Of a stretch of DNA of 20,000 nucleotides, positions 1-13,790 are shown piece after piece. The notes beneath the pieces are model-generated. The model searched no databases. It was not told the origin of the DNA and worked only from the letters and a program-made list of their open reading frames with translations. Positions within the stretch are counted from its first letter, which is position 1, and each line of letters begins with the position of its first letter. Source of the stretch: Catajapyx aquilonaris (taxonomy: Eukaryota); contig KZ538211.1 of NCBI GenBank assembly GCA_000934665.2, positions 114,867-134,866 on the forward strand, in the 5' to 3' direction. Position numbers and translations under genes: made by a program.

Positions 1-2279
1 CCCACCTACACCGAACGTATTGCGGTCAGTTGCTCGCGCTGACGTCACCGACGAAAGGGGAACTGCGGTCAGCGACATTTGAAGGGATGATGGATTGGGC
101 CGGGTTGGTCTTTGGGGCGGGTAAAAAGAAACCCGGAGCGGACCCACCCGATGCTATCGGAGATGGAAATGAGGTCCTGGCAGGAGCTCTCTCTCTCCCT
201 CTCTCTACCCCCGCTCTCTTTCCCCCTTCTCTATCCTCCAGCCAAAGGAGAGAAATGATATCGGTCGTGTTCATCATGGACTTGCCTTGCCGGGACTCTT
301 GTTTGTATCTGCCAAATGAATGGCGTGGGAATGCCGCTTCGGCCCTTCACCTCATTTGCCATCAGCATTCCCCTCCACCAATCTTCTGCCTCATTTGCAT
401 TCTTCGGCTTTGGGAACATTTTACCCCATTCGGATCAAACGGCTAATCTTTTTCCATAGGGATTTGAAATACTTGAGCCTCCTTTTTTTTACACAACGTT
501 GAATGTGGTTGACCACAGTAAATGTAGCGGGCAGTATGGTTAGCCCATACGTAGTCTACATAACGCATGCTGCGCAGAAACAGTTCGTAATTTCTTGCGA
601 CACGAAATTATCAGAATGTCACATGCTTCAAGTCACAATCCTACTTCCTAAAGTAATGTGGCCTCGCAAGACCATGAACCAGCCATTTATTAGCCAGGAA
701 AGACCTGAGGATGCTTGATAAGCCGCATCAGCATAATCCCTGATACGGAAGAGCCCTGGCTATTGTCTATTCCTGGACGTGCAGACCGGATCTGGGTCTG
801 CGGAGGAGGGCTGACCAAGATGACCGGTTGTCTCATTAGGTTTTTCAGCAACTTATCATTCTTTCAGAAACCTTTCAGCCCGCTCCTTAATTATCCAAAG
901 TGATTCCCCGCTCGCCTCTCCTCCCAATCCTTCTCCTTCGTGGGGGCCATTTCTCAGCCAAATTCTTCCTTTTTCTCCTCCCCCAATCTTCTCCCCCCCC
1001 CCCTTCCACCCTCCTATTACGTCACGGGGAAGCGAATCACGAGGCCCTTGATCAGGGGGGCCATTTCGAGGCTCAGAAATTGAGCTGAGGTCCAACAGCC
1101 TCGATTAGTTCAGCCTCTTTGATGGTTTTATGCATTCTTGAATTAGCTGAAAGGGTGATGTTTATTACAGACGACAAAATTATCTCATTTGGACATCGTT
1201 TGGGTGGCCCCTGCATCCCACCACGGACGCAAGCAGCCCACAACATTACCTTACCCATCATTTCTGCGTTTGAGTGCGGGTTATTTATATCCTCGCCTTT
1301 GGTGACGCATACGCCAGCATTAAAATGACGGGAATCTTGCTCTTGCAGGAGCGTAGGCTCCGTAATATGCATTTACCCGCATTCAATAACAAAAAATTAC
1401 AGCATACTCAAATGGAAGCCCATACCATACCATCCTTGCCTACAGTATCTGGCCCACAGTATATAATCCATGATTTGGTGAGACACAGCAGGGAGCACCG
1501 GCTTTTGGATACATTTTTAAAAGTAACTAATTCCTGGCCTGCGCACAAAGAATGTCAAATATTAAATCGATGATACTGTATGATACAATATTAATTCGGC
1601 AAGTATGACTAACAACGCGAGTTGGATTGCGCTAGATATTTTTTCGCCCCTATGTGGCACACGCTTCGTGTACTTGGACACACCAGCACTCAACACATTG
1701 TCCCTACGTCCCACTGAGCACAGTAACTTTAACGCCGGGAGGTTACGACAATCTGATGCTTGGTAACCCCAAGATGCGAGTTGGGTTGCGGTGCGACAGG
1801 AGCTAATAAATAAGTCGTGTCAACCTGACGTTCTGCTCAAAGCTGGTCTGAAATTACTGAATTAATAACAGTCTCCACCAACGTTGTCAAATTGTCGAAA
1901 TCGGCCCTATGGATTGTCATAGCAGCTTGCTCTTCGACATGACGTTAAAACTCCCCCTTCAATCGAGTGCACTGCCCATCGAGCGCCTTTATCACCGAAA
2001 CCATCGGAATGGTGGTACTCCCTGATTGTCACGGATGACGGTGCTAATAGACAGGTTGCGAAGTTGCTTGGGGGGACTCTGGGGAATAAAATATGCAAAA
2101 TTTTGGAAGCGTCCTCGTGAGAAATGAGCAAAGAAAATGAGCAGAAGAGGCCACGTGTCTCTAGACTGGCGGGCAGATCATCCTTGGAGACCACTAAACC
2201 TGTTCTGGCAACGGCGAGAAATCAACGACCTTGGATCTAACACAACCAGGTCCTGAACTTTCGGAAGAGAAGAGGAGGT

Positions 2280-2386
2280 GGGGTGATGGGGTGGGTGGGG
2301 GATGAAAAGGGGGCGGGAGGAGACCTGCTAGGATAAACGAGGATGGGAATAGGTGGAGGGAGGGCAAGGGGGTGGGGGGTAGAGGG
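2280..2386 (+). repeat. G-tract cluster with G-quadruplex potential
   Basis: Six runs of >=3 G in 2280-2317 and five in 2358-2386, with loops of 1-7 nt. Confidence 0.6.
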
Positions 2387-5300
2387 TAGAAGCCGAAAAC
2401 AAGACTGAAATTACTCAAATTAGCTCTTCGGCAAACTTCACAGGCCGGCAGGGCATCATCATCCGAATTAGCCTATCAACCGCCTGAAACCTGATCGAAA
2501 AGCAGACTGCGGAGATTGAGAGGCGGCGCCCGCATCCAAACGTCCTCTTCCACGACTAACATCTGCTCACAATGATATCACTTAGCCTAGGTGTGGCCCT
2601 CCCTTAAATGCCCCAGACTCGGAGCCAAAGCACAACACTTTTCCACGCTTCCACAACCTCCTCGCAAAGACACACCTGCTCCAAGGCTTCTATATTACAC
2701 CCCTGAATACACACGGGGTTTCATACCCCCTTGTTAACCAGGGCATCTCAACTCTAACGAGCCAGGTAATGTTATCCACGTTAAGCCAATGATCCGATAA
2801 TATTCCTTAAACAAGTACAGCGTGGGAATTCAAAAAAGTCGATTTGTATGAGGAGCAAGCCGATCGAGTGGGAGGTACGAATGAATGACATGGGGTCAAA
2901 TATCACGGAGATGCACATAATCCGGGCAACCCCATATTCAGCTTCTGATAGTCAGGGGTGCAGCTTACAGTTCACCTTTGAAGTCTTCATATGGAGCCAA
3001 TGACGATGCGACTTCTTGGTATTGCAATACCATATTCAATGCACGAGGTTCATGAGTCCCGCATTCCCCGATCTATACACAGTATGAACGAGTTCATCGT
3101 GGCCGGCGAAAATTGCTGCGCATTCAACAAAAACAACATCACATTTTCATAAAAAGAGGCATTAGCATCCGGGCCAAATAAGCTCCCTGGCGACCAGGTC
3201 CCAATGTGAAATCCTGCGCATGATGAATACGTTCCATGCAGCTAAAAACCCATTAGCCAACGATCTATTTTAAGACCGGCCTAGAAGCAGTGAGAATACT
3301 GCTACGTACAGCCCTCAGTCAGTACACAAGTGTCAGTCATGGTTCCTATTTATCTTACGTAATTAAATGCCCCGCATGGGATCATAACCGAAGTGCCACG
3401 CCCATCCAGGTCGTTGTGCACTGTTGGGCAGAATCGGAGCCCATTGCCTGCCAAGGCGCCATATCCGCCGATATAATAGAAGCTGTTATGGGCGCCATGT
3501 TTTCCGGATCCAATTGGTGAAGACAGGTTCGCACTCGGACTTGGATTGATTGCAAAGGTGAGGCAGACTGAGTACGCACCGGGCAAGGAAGTCAAATGAG
3601 TGAAGAAGTCTGAGCCGCCGCCGATGGTTAATTAAAACGAATGAGGGTTGTGTGCCTACCCGCGCAACATTACTCCGCAGGACTGGTGCTGGCCCCTTTC
3701 TGATAAGGAAATGTTCCCGCGTTTGCTCACCTTGGCGTTCCCCTCTTTATCATCCTTATGACTGATAGACGCTTTTATTCCCCCCTCTCCGGCATTCATT
3801 TTTAAAAAATCCCCTCCCAACTAGTGCGGGCAGGCAGGTGGAGAAATGAGCCTGGAACCCGATCGGGCCGGCACTCTTTAGTTGGGCGCGCCTCCGTCCA
3901 GAGGGCAGGACCTGCCTCTCACCTTCTTCCATACATATACCATGCTGTTGCTCCTCCTGCCCCTAACCCTCCCCACCTTCTCTTATTTAGGCGCCCCATT
4001 ATTTCCCAGAGAGGACGGCGACGATGAGCTGCTAATGAAGGGGGCAGTCAAAACAACTCATACATCATCCGACTAGGCACCTGCTGCCAGCTAGACTTCC
4101 CCGCCAAAACATCTGCAGCGTTCACACCGCTGCGCTGGGCTCCCATTTTCCAATGGCAATCGCCAATTGGTTGCCAATACGCCCGCTTGACAGTTTCATT
4201 ACAGCTGTTTCTTTATTCAGGAGGGGGCCAGCCCGTCATAGCAGCCTTCTCGTTTTACACGTCCACAATGACAGCGCGCCTATGAATAAAGGATGTCAAT
4301 TTACAAATCACACTGGGTCCTGCTAACTGCAGGCCCCATTATTGCCCCGAGATGCTGCTGGCTGCCCGCCAAGGTACACGCAGTCTGATTAACTTCCATT
4401 CCAGAATAACTCGGCGGGAATCGATCATCACGGTTTGCAAACGACAACTCGCCATTTTGCCCCTATCTCCAGTGGGCACAGAAAGTATCATTGGAAAGTA
4501 TACTGGAAGTTCAAATTTGAAGATTGATTGATCGAGTATGGCGCAAAAGCGACGATGGACTATGTCGCGCCACGACAAAGGTCAAAAGATCACGGAACAA
4601 AAGACAGAGGTATGGTATCATCTGCTGCTGCCTCAACTTGAGAGAGGGAGGGGGGGTGCGCGCCAGACAAAAACCATAAGGATATGGAAAAAGCACGTCC
4701 AATTTTCTGGGTATAGGCCTACACATTTTTCAACGTTTCACAGTTACCAAAAAGACAGCATCAAGGATTCTCAATTTTGATTATTTTCGCGAGATCTTTG
4801 ATACACAATCGCGTGATAAAGCCAACTGCAGCTACATATACGCGTACGATAACTTTGGAATTGAAAAGGCGGAGCTCGACTACACACAATGAAACTAAGT
4901 CGGGTTACAGATTATACTATAAAATGTTTTTCAAATTCAAATTTCCCGCAGGAGGAGGTAATGAACTAATGATGTTCCATGTCGTCTAATTTCAGGGTCA
5001 TAGCGATGTTAAATTTCCCACAATAAAGTATTATTAAACCATTCAAATCAGTTCCGACCAAGGCACGTCAGTGAGGATTTTGTTGAGGGAAATTGCAGCA
5101 TTCATATTTCAAGTATACTGGATCACGCATCATTTGGAGCAAAAATCTTGACCTCCAGCGCAAAATGGGGCCCTTTGGGCTTCATGCATTCTTTGACGAC
5201 GTCTTTTCCAGCGTTATGATATTGCGCGCTTGTGAGGTTGTTGGTTTGGCCGCCAGGGCACAGCAAGTGGCAATAAAACCCCGAGACGTTCCTTTGTTCT

Positions 5301-5820
5301 TAACGGGCTTGTGTACAATTTTGTGCTGGTTGAGAACCTCGAGTTATATTGTTTTATCTCCGCCTGTTTAAAAGAACAGTTATAAAATGGAGAGTCCCGT
5401 GGCAGTGAAGGGGGATGGGGGTTTAAAAAAAAAAAAAAGAAGCAAGGGGTGGGAGGAGAGGAGGGAAGGGGGAGAGTTGCCTTCCCTCAATTTTAGGTTG
5501 AATAAATAAAAGCCGAGTTAAGTCTGAAAACGAGGGCCGCCCCTTCCTTATTGGAGGCCCCGGCTGTCCGGGGCATAAAAGGCGAGAGATGCGAGAGATT
5601 CGGGCGGCAAACGGCCGCATAAAAAGGAGCAGCTCGAAGGGGAGGGGGTTAAGAAAAAAAAAGGAAAGATGGGGGTTTTGGGGGGTAAGAACGATTCCCA
5701 TTCTCCATTGCACCCCCTCCTCCCTTCCACCTCCCCTCTATTATTCTTATGTGTTTGTAATTGCTCCTCTTGGACTGGGCTCGGACACAACTGTCATAGA
5801 CTGTAAACTGCCCCCCCCCC

Positions 5821-5849
5821 NNNNNNNNNNNNNNNNNNNNNNNNNNNNN
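5821..5849. other. Assembly gap (29 N) inside a poly-C tract
   Basis: N run flanked by C10 (5811-5820) and C15 (5850-5864). Confidence 0.98.
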
Positions 5850-8449
5850 CCCCCCCCCCCCCCCAGTCTCCCTCACTCTGCCTGAAATTATAGCGTCTCC
5901 CTCCCAGACAGGCTCTAAATCACAAATCCCACAAGGGCGTAGATAATTACAGGTTGGCCCCACTTTGAAGGAAATTGAAAATTAAACTCAAGAAAGGGGG
6001 AGGCAGGGAGGGAGGAAGAATAAGGAGGGACCGTCCTTCAAACTCCATCCCCGAGCATAATAATATTTACTGAACCATTCGAAATGCTCAACTGTGCAGA
6101 GGTGGCCGGGGATCATCTCCTTACTGCGATCTGACGACACGCTGGGCCATTGGTAATGCGATTGGTACGTGTCAAGATATAGTCTATCTACAGTATTGTC
6201 TTTGGAGCTGTGGTTGGCATATAGTCGCCCCGCCTATAATTATAGACTCTCCCTTCTCTCCATCCATTCCCAGTCCCTCTCCCCAGTCCAGGCGGAGGCG
6301 ACGTTGAGGTATCTGGTCCCGAGTGACAAATGCGATGGGCCCGGGTCCCTGGCTCCTTCACCCAGGCCAATCAGGCCTTCAATTCAACCTCTCCCGCTGA
6401 CTCGATTTGCAAGCCCACCCACCCGCCCATATACTATATCCCTATATAGGGAGAAGACAACCCCCGCTAATTTCCCTCCTGAAACAACCAGATATTGCAA
6501 TTCAATGAAGTGACGCCCAACTCCTCATAAATCACCTCCAGAATATATACACCACTACGGGAACCGGCCATCAGACTGATTGAAAAAAAGAAGAAGGGGG
6601 TGTGGGCCAAGGTGGTAAGTAGCAGGGGGTGCAATGAACAAACAGGAACTAACTGGGGTCCTGTAACAAAGCCCCATCCTGTGACGATCATTAAACTAAC
6701 CTTCCTAAACCTATATATGACACACTATTTAATTTTACGGCCAATATTTGCGGTTTTGCACATAAATTGCGGTTGGCACCCTGCCAATTGGTGTCTTTTC
6801 ACGTACGAACGGAACTATAGTTGTAGAAATATGTTCAGAGGACTTATGGCGCGTGAGCTGGTAGCCCATTTGGTAGCTGCTTGGAGCAGTCTCTCCTGCA
6901 CGTGAAGATCACAGGGATTAAATTCCAGCGAGTCTTCCAGGTTTGGTGGTCACTGACATTCCATGCTCGCAATGAGGGCGTGTCATGGGAAGGTGTACCA
7001 AAAAGGGGGGCCGATAGCGAGCCAGGTTTTTTTGTCGCCTTTCTATGTTTTTTATGATATTCGCATGCAGATGATTCCGTGGACCACCGGCAGAGTGTGT
7101 TTGCGATGACGCAAGGGGGCCTCTGCAATGGCCAGCTGTCATCGCCCATCACTTGGGCCAAGCAGGCCCTAATTACAAGACAAGTAATCCTTCCAGGCCG
7201 ACTGGAAAACTTCTTTTGCTGCAGCGAGCAGGCAACAGCATCGAGCAAGAAGAAAACGCCAAGGCCGAGGAGGCGGAGATTAGCTTCGGGACCACTCGGC
7301 GCACACAGCATTCAAAAAAACCCTATTTTCTAATGAGATTTTAGAACTGCGTGCTCACGGCTTTTCGGATTTTACCCGTTGTTCAACAGCAACAGACACA
7401 ATAATCTGAGCCCTGATTTAATCTGCGGGAAAACTTGAATTCCCCGCGGGGAAAAGTGTGTAAAAAAAACGACTTGTTGCGAATCCCTTTGTCAATTATT
7501 TTCACTTCTGTCGAACCTAAGAATGTAATCAAAGTTTTAAATCCCAAGCCCGCGTAGCGGAACCGAGATGAATGCGTAATAAAAGTTGCACAGGGATCTT
7601 GATTAATTTGAAAAGCAGACAGGTAATTAAGAACTCATCATTTCCTGCATGGTGAATAGTTTCACAGCTGGAATATCCTTAGCTGTGGCAACCCTGTGGC
7701 AATGGCAGGCAGCAATTCCTGCCAGCAGCCACTTAGGATCGAATGGTTTTTATCCTGCGAGCAATAGGGTCACTGCTCAGGTATTATGAAACCAATGATG
7801 ATCCACCCACAGCGATTATTATGATATACTGTAGTACTGAAGAAGGGTTTGTTCTTTTCATCAAGGGTCACCTGTCGAATGTATAATAAATTGTGTGGCT
7901 GAATAAGTTTCAATAGTTTAGGGCCAATAGTTGGTCAGTGCAAATAAAAATAACTGTCAGAATGCCGGTGTATATAAGGCCAGCTACAAAACTTTAAGCT
8001 CGAATGAATGCTAAGCATATCTGGCCAAATATGGGTTTTCACAATTGCGGTAGTAATTCGGGAGCTGACACTGCAACCTTGAATATTTCAGGGGCGTTGC
8101 AGTAGCCTGTGCAGTACTTGTATCAATACTGTCCTGCAGGTGCAATGAAAGCAAACACTGGATACACCGTAAAGAACTCTTCCAGCAGCTTCCTCCTACG
8201 TCCTCATAGGTATGCAGTGCAGTACACACCTGCTTGGCTGCCAACACTATGGCATCGCATCCTGAAGTCGTATCGTGGAGGGTCCACGTATTGTGTGGAT
8301 TTTGGCGATCGCACACAGGATATGTCCCAAATGAGTGGCCGTAAAAGAAGAAAAAATCCCGAGCGAATGCGATGCGGATAAGGAGGTCCCCCTTTGGTCC
8401 CTCCCATAAACTTTTATGGGATTCTTCTTCTGCCATCATCTTTTCCAGC

Positions 8450-8487
8450 AGGGGGAGGAGGGGGGAGGGAGGGAGGGAGAAAGAGGA
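8450..8487 (+). repeat. 38-nt pure polypurine (GGGA-type) tract
   Basis: AGGGGGAGGAGGGGGGAGGGAGGGAGGGAGAAAGAGGA, containing >=4 G-runs. Confidence 0.7.
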
Positions 8488-9178
8488 CGGGGGAGAAGCA
8501 GAAAGCACGAGGGGCACTTCATCTTTGGCACTCCTTGCTTGCATGTAATAATTATTCCTCGGCCAACAAAAGGGTCCTAGAGCTGGCGAGGGGGGAATTC
8601 TCTTTAACGCGCGCCTCTTACGACGATAGTCAACCTGCCACGGGTTACGGCCTCATAAAAACTGCATTAGCTTCTATTCCCAGCTTTCCAATAACTCCTG
8701 ATAACTCCTCTTCCAGCAGATTGGACAAAAACACACAGACAGAGAAAGATATATGGCAATATTCACTTTCGTGCCATGGAATGTCAATAGGGTTATTATT
8801 ATTATTTAAGCTTGTGGTTGGCTAACATAATTTGGCCGAGAGTGCCTTTGCTTGAATGAATGTTGTAAGGGTTGGCTCAATAAGCTTTCATTTGAAAAAT
8901 CAAGTTGGTTCTCGACTTTTCTAATTCTATATACCCCTTTTACCAGGTTATGCACCCTCAGAGACATCGAGGCTATCTCCAGAAGAGCATCATCCCCTCG
9001 CCTAATCTGTGCTCTTTTTTGGCGCAATATTAATTAACCCTAGTTCTGTATAAGGAGCTTTTTTCCTGGACGTTCAAAATCAAGCATACAAAGTCTCGGA
9101 AAAAAGAAAAATATCAATGCCCGGCTCTCAGAATCTGATGGCAAAGGCTGCGAAAAAAAATAATCCCATGTGTATAAA

Positions 9179-9672
9179 TATGCCTGACATTCTAACAAAA
9201 GTGAAACTCGATTTTTCCCCCTGCCAAGTTTATGCGTTGTAAAAATGACAGTTTTAAATGGCAAATTTGAAAATTTTCACTTCTCAAATGGCACCAACAG
9301 TAAATTGGAATGTGGAGGAATTTTTTTATTTATTTCAGGAGTCACATCTCATTCACAAAATCTGATATTTATTTAAAGTAGCGTACGTAGTTGGTCCATT
9401 GTAAAAATCCGTGATGAAGGTTACCACATTATGTAACCAGCATTGGCTCCCCATCTATTTCATTGTCAATTTTAGCAAATAATGCACGATTATCAAACAT
9501 GGGGGTGATATACCCTTGCCATAAAAATGACAGCACCGTCCAACTTCCTCCTGTGAGTATTTGAAGTTGAAAAAAAATTACAAATTCGACAATTTCGATC
9601 CCTGATTTTCACATGTCATACACCCAATGGGAAGAAACTGAGTTTCACTTTCGCCTGATACTGTTAGGTATA
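9179..9672. repeat. Old degenerate inverted-repeat (probable fold-back MITE relic), ~495 bp
   Basis: AAAGTGAAACTC (9198-9209) is the exact reverse complement of GAGTTTCACTTT (9640-9651). Termini TATGCCTGACA / TGTTAGGTATA match at 9/11. Patchy collinear complementarity continues inward toward ~9425. Confidence 0.5.
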
Positions 9673-12600
9673 CACTACAAGACGAAGACACACTAAAAGT
9701 GACGGTGCATAGTGACAAAATCAATTCTGGCAAAGATCATTTACCAAGTTTACATTCAAGTAAATAATGTTGCGGTTTTTTCCGCTCCATATTTGATGGC
9801 GAGAGCTCGAAACTTGCATACCCATGCATTATTACGCTGAATTTCATAACACTGCACGGAGGAATGCTTTTCAAATGGTACCCTTGAAGCTGTGCAACTC
9901 CACAAAGGTGCATATACACTGTATGCTGCAGCAGGGTTATAAAAATCGATCGTAATTATAATCGCGAATAATACACCATCGCATTCGCAGACATCATGCC
10001 GATTGCGATTATTATTGATTAGTGTCACGATGCATCAGAGAGGCACTGAATACGTCATTTTGCAGAAGTTCTCAAAAAATCGGATGCCCAAACCCCCTAT
10101 TGTTGAAGTACAATACAACCAGACAGCCCAGCTCCCCTACCGTTGGGCCCATGGGCTCAGTGCGCCTTTAGCAGGTATACCCAAGTGTCAACAGGAACGA
10201 GAGGGGGAGGGGATACGCGTCGAATTCCAAATCCGTGCCTCTCAATGAATAGGTCTGGCTTTAATTCAAACCCAGATCCTTTTCATTCAGGGCCCATCCA
10301 CACTCTTGGGGAAATAACCCGCACTGCATGTTAATTCCCAGCCATTGGGCCTGCAACACGTGTCTCCTCTCCCTCGCCCGCATCCGCAGGAAGGACAACT
10401 ACTCTTCTTCCAGTTCTAATTGCTTTCGGTGGGGGATTCAATATCGGGTCGACCAATGTCCCTCTTATTCATTATATCAAGTGGGGAGGCCAAGGTAGCA
10501 GCAGCAGCGTGCCTTCCTTCAAACCTGATCGTAGCATTTGAAGCTGACAAGTGGAACTGTCATCCGGCGGACAGGAATGTGAAAGAGAGAGCGATAGGTG
10601 GCCCAGCCACCCACCCCACCACCTCCTCCTCATTAACTAATGGACTTCGATTGGCTATAAAGCGTCGGGGAGGTGCGGGTCCAATTTGGTTGACAACTGG
10701 CATGACCGTGACGGACCCCACGATTGAAGGGGGGAGAAAGAAGATAGGGGGGTTGCTCACGTCCTAATGGAAACGGACTAATCAGTCTGTATGGAGCACC
10801 CTCCCATCCCCTAAGCAGCATCCAGCACACGCCCTCCAGGCACGACCCAATCAATTTGTCTCAAAGAACATGCAAGTCAAACTCCTGTATCAATTAGGGG
10901 TTCATCTCGGTATGTCCACTTGGTTTGACAAGATATATGGCGCTCATTAACTATCATCCGCATTGGCACAATGCCCATCACGCCCGACTTACACCGACTG
11001 CATATTGTACAGTACCCGACCATTACTCAGACTCTTTTTATATGTAGAAAATCCCGCAGCTCGCTGCACGTGGATTCGACATGTCCGTATGTACCCCATA
11101 GTGTATGTGTGTGTTCAGACCGTGTGTGTGAGAGAGAGAGGGTGTCTGCACACGGCCAGGCCATTTGGCTACGTGCAATTTCCACCGCAGATTTATGGCT
11201 GGAGGAGTTTAATGCGCGAATGAGGGGCGAACCTCCGCATCCAGTCTCATCTGATTATGAGACATAAAACTAACATGTTAACCCCTCCCGTCCCCTTCCC
11301 CAACCTCCCGCTGCCTGCCCAAAAAATCCGCGATTCCGTTCACGATCGCAGGTTCGGACCAATCCCAACAAAATCGTTTTATATTGCTGTCTGGTCAAGT
11401 GCTCACCGAGGGGGTTTGAGTGGCGGCAAACCGCTGTTTCTCACGATCGTGTCACTTGCATCGCATTTAATCAATTTGCACGACTCGGAATTCGCCTGGC
11501 AATGAATGTCGCCTCCTAAATCGACAATTTACAACTCCCCACAGCCAGCAGGCATCAATTGTTTCAATGTTTCGCCTTACACCAGTGATAAGAAACCTAT
11601 AACGAAGCTGTAGCGCCGGTGTCTTCTCGGATGTAACAGGTTGATCATATAATTTCGCGGACGGTTCGGTACGGTTGTCTACCATGTGTGTTCTTCACCT
11701 TGCAGTACGACATTCCTCCCTGTCGTTTTTCGGCTATGCAGATGCCAGACTGAGCAGTGAGCACCGAGACAGTGAGTGTATAGGGAGAAATCTCCGTGGT
11801 AAAGACGTGTTGGCGGCCAAGGTTTAGCGATCAAAAAGTGGCCCACTTGCCTTATTCCTTCACAACCTTCATTGCCTGCTGCTGCTTCTGCACATAGGGG
11901 GGCATTGACTCTTCCTTTTGCCCTTTTCTTCTGCCATGGCCTCCTATAGCTCCATCCCCGAGACAGAGTCCCCTGTTTCGATACCGATAACATCGAGACA
12001 AGGCTCATTGTGGAGCCCACCTTTATGACACGAGGTCCACCTAATTATCCGTGTGGAAGGGGATGGGGAAGGGAGGAGGTCAGCTATAAGGCTGCAGCAA
12101 CACCTCCCCATCCCCTTACCCCCCAATGTAAATACTATGGTAATTAAGACATCCTCGGGTTTCGCCCCCTAACAATCAGCCCGTTTTATGCCAAACCAAC
12201 TGGCTCTTCTAGGGGTGAGGAGAAATAAAAATTGACCGTCCCCACACACACACACAAAATACCGAGATAACCCTTTCCCCGGATTATAAATAATATTGGA
12301 GCTGTCCCCACCTGTCCCAGCAGTTGACTCTTGCTTTCCTGTCCTGACTACCCAATTCCACACGCAAATGAGCTTGTCGTTTGACGTCCATCGCCACACA
12401 CAAACTCATCTAAATTCACTTGGCAAGGTGGTTTTAACAATGCAGCTTTTCTGTGAATAGCATCTGCGCTTCAACATTCCATAGCTTGAACGTCTTTAAA
12501 ATGTACACTATGGCCATATCACCACTTAGGACAATGGTCCTGTTACGTACATACTGTAAGAACACATGACAGTGTAATATCTCAACCTATACAACATTTT

Positions 12601-13249
12601 TTTCCAAATACGTATAGTAGTAGAACTTTATGCATATTGTCCATTGAACTTCATTCACCATTACATGGCAACAAAATTATTGGCCTCAAATGAATTTGCA
12701 GTGAAATTGTTCCAACTTCATTGTATGGACAACGTACGTACTTCAATCATCAGCTTGCCTGCACAGCGTGTTTCATGAAACTCTAGCCTGCATTTTGATC
12801 CGAGTGGGACTACTACTAAACAGGTCAATACTTGTCAACTCCATCTGGCCCTGAACCCAACATCCTCAAACTGAGAGGAAACTTTCTTTCTCTAGGAATG
12901 GTTGAATATTTCAGTCATACCACCCACTCCCATATAAGAGCTCACTGACATAATTGCACCCAAGAAGAATTGTTTGTATGCCATTTAAATATTTCCTATT
13001 TTCTGATGCGCTGAACACCACCTACGCAAACGGGAGAATTTGTATGGGCCGGAGGTCTGTACCCAGTCCATTGCCCATCTTGGATTGAGAGCAGTGCCTC
13101 TATAGGCCAGCTGCTTGCCCTCTAATGTTTCATGCAATGAAAGTCACTAACGATAGGCATATATTACCTCCCAACATTATAATTGACGTGAATGCAGGAT
13201 GTCAAAAACTGCACAGTAATTCACATGCATGGCACATGGAGTAACTTCA

Positions 13250-13477
<228 letters not shown>

Positions 13478-13511
13478 CTATATGAATGGCTGCTTCATGC
13501 TCTATATACAG

Positions 13512-13790
13512 CAGGGTTTCCCAAACTGTGGGTCGCAAATGTAATATTTGGGGTCACAAGGGAGGGCAAAAATTATTTTCACAAAATAATTCCATATCTC
13601 TTGAAAACTATGCCCATAAGGTAAGTTACAGAACAATTCAGATACTCGATAATAGTTACCAATAATTTTCATTTCACTGTTTACCTGTCACTTCATGTTG
13701 GGGGGATCAAAATGTGCACATCTTGGGGGGTCACGAATTTTATGAGGCGATTTTCTTGGGGTCGCCAAAGATAAATATTGGGAATCTCTA
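13512..13790. mobile_element. Degenerate hAT-type (Charlie/Buster-like) MITE, ~280 bp
   Basis: Starts CAGGGTTTCCCAAACTGTGGGTCGC, a typical hAT-Charlie terminus. The other end ATTGGGAATCTCTA matches the reverse complement at 10/14. Four subterminal GGGTC(A/G)C motifs. The putative 8-bp TSD is only 5/8 (ATATACAG / ATACACTA). Confidence 0.6.

Noticed and set aside
1617..1790. Direct repeat GCGAGTTGG(A/G)TTGCG at ~1617 and ~1776
   Set aside because: Similarity does not extend into the flanks, and there is no element structure between the copies.
3341..3361. GSYLSYV peptide resembling LSD1 GSYSYV
   Set aside because: Wrong strand, extra residue, and no flanking similarity.
7440..7453. 14-bp palindrome TTCCCCGCGGGGAA
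   Set aside because: About one such palindrome is expected by chance in 20 kb.
8204..8335. Minus-strand ISCV...VD...GSQAGV after a pyrimidine tract, as a decayed LSD1 YSCVP exon
   Set aside because: No AG acceptor (TTTTACGG), only scattered residues match, and several indels are needed; indistinguishable from chance.
26..12399. Numerous 60-177 aa ORFs in the left domain
   Set aside because: No recognisable domain (no RT, transposase or integrase motifs). They overlap on both strands and carry low-complexity G/P/F/L content expected from GC-run-rich non-coding DNA.
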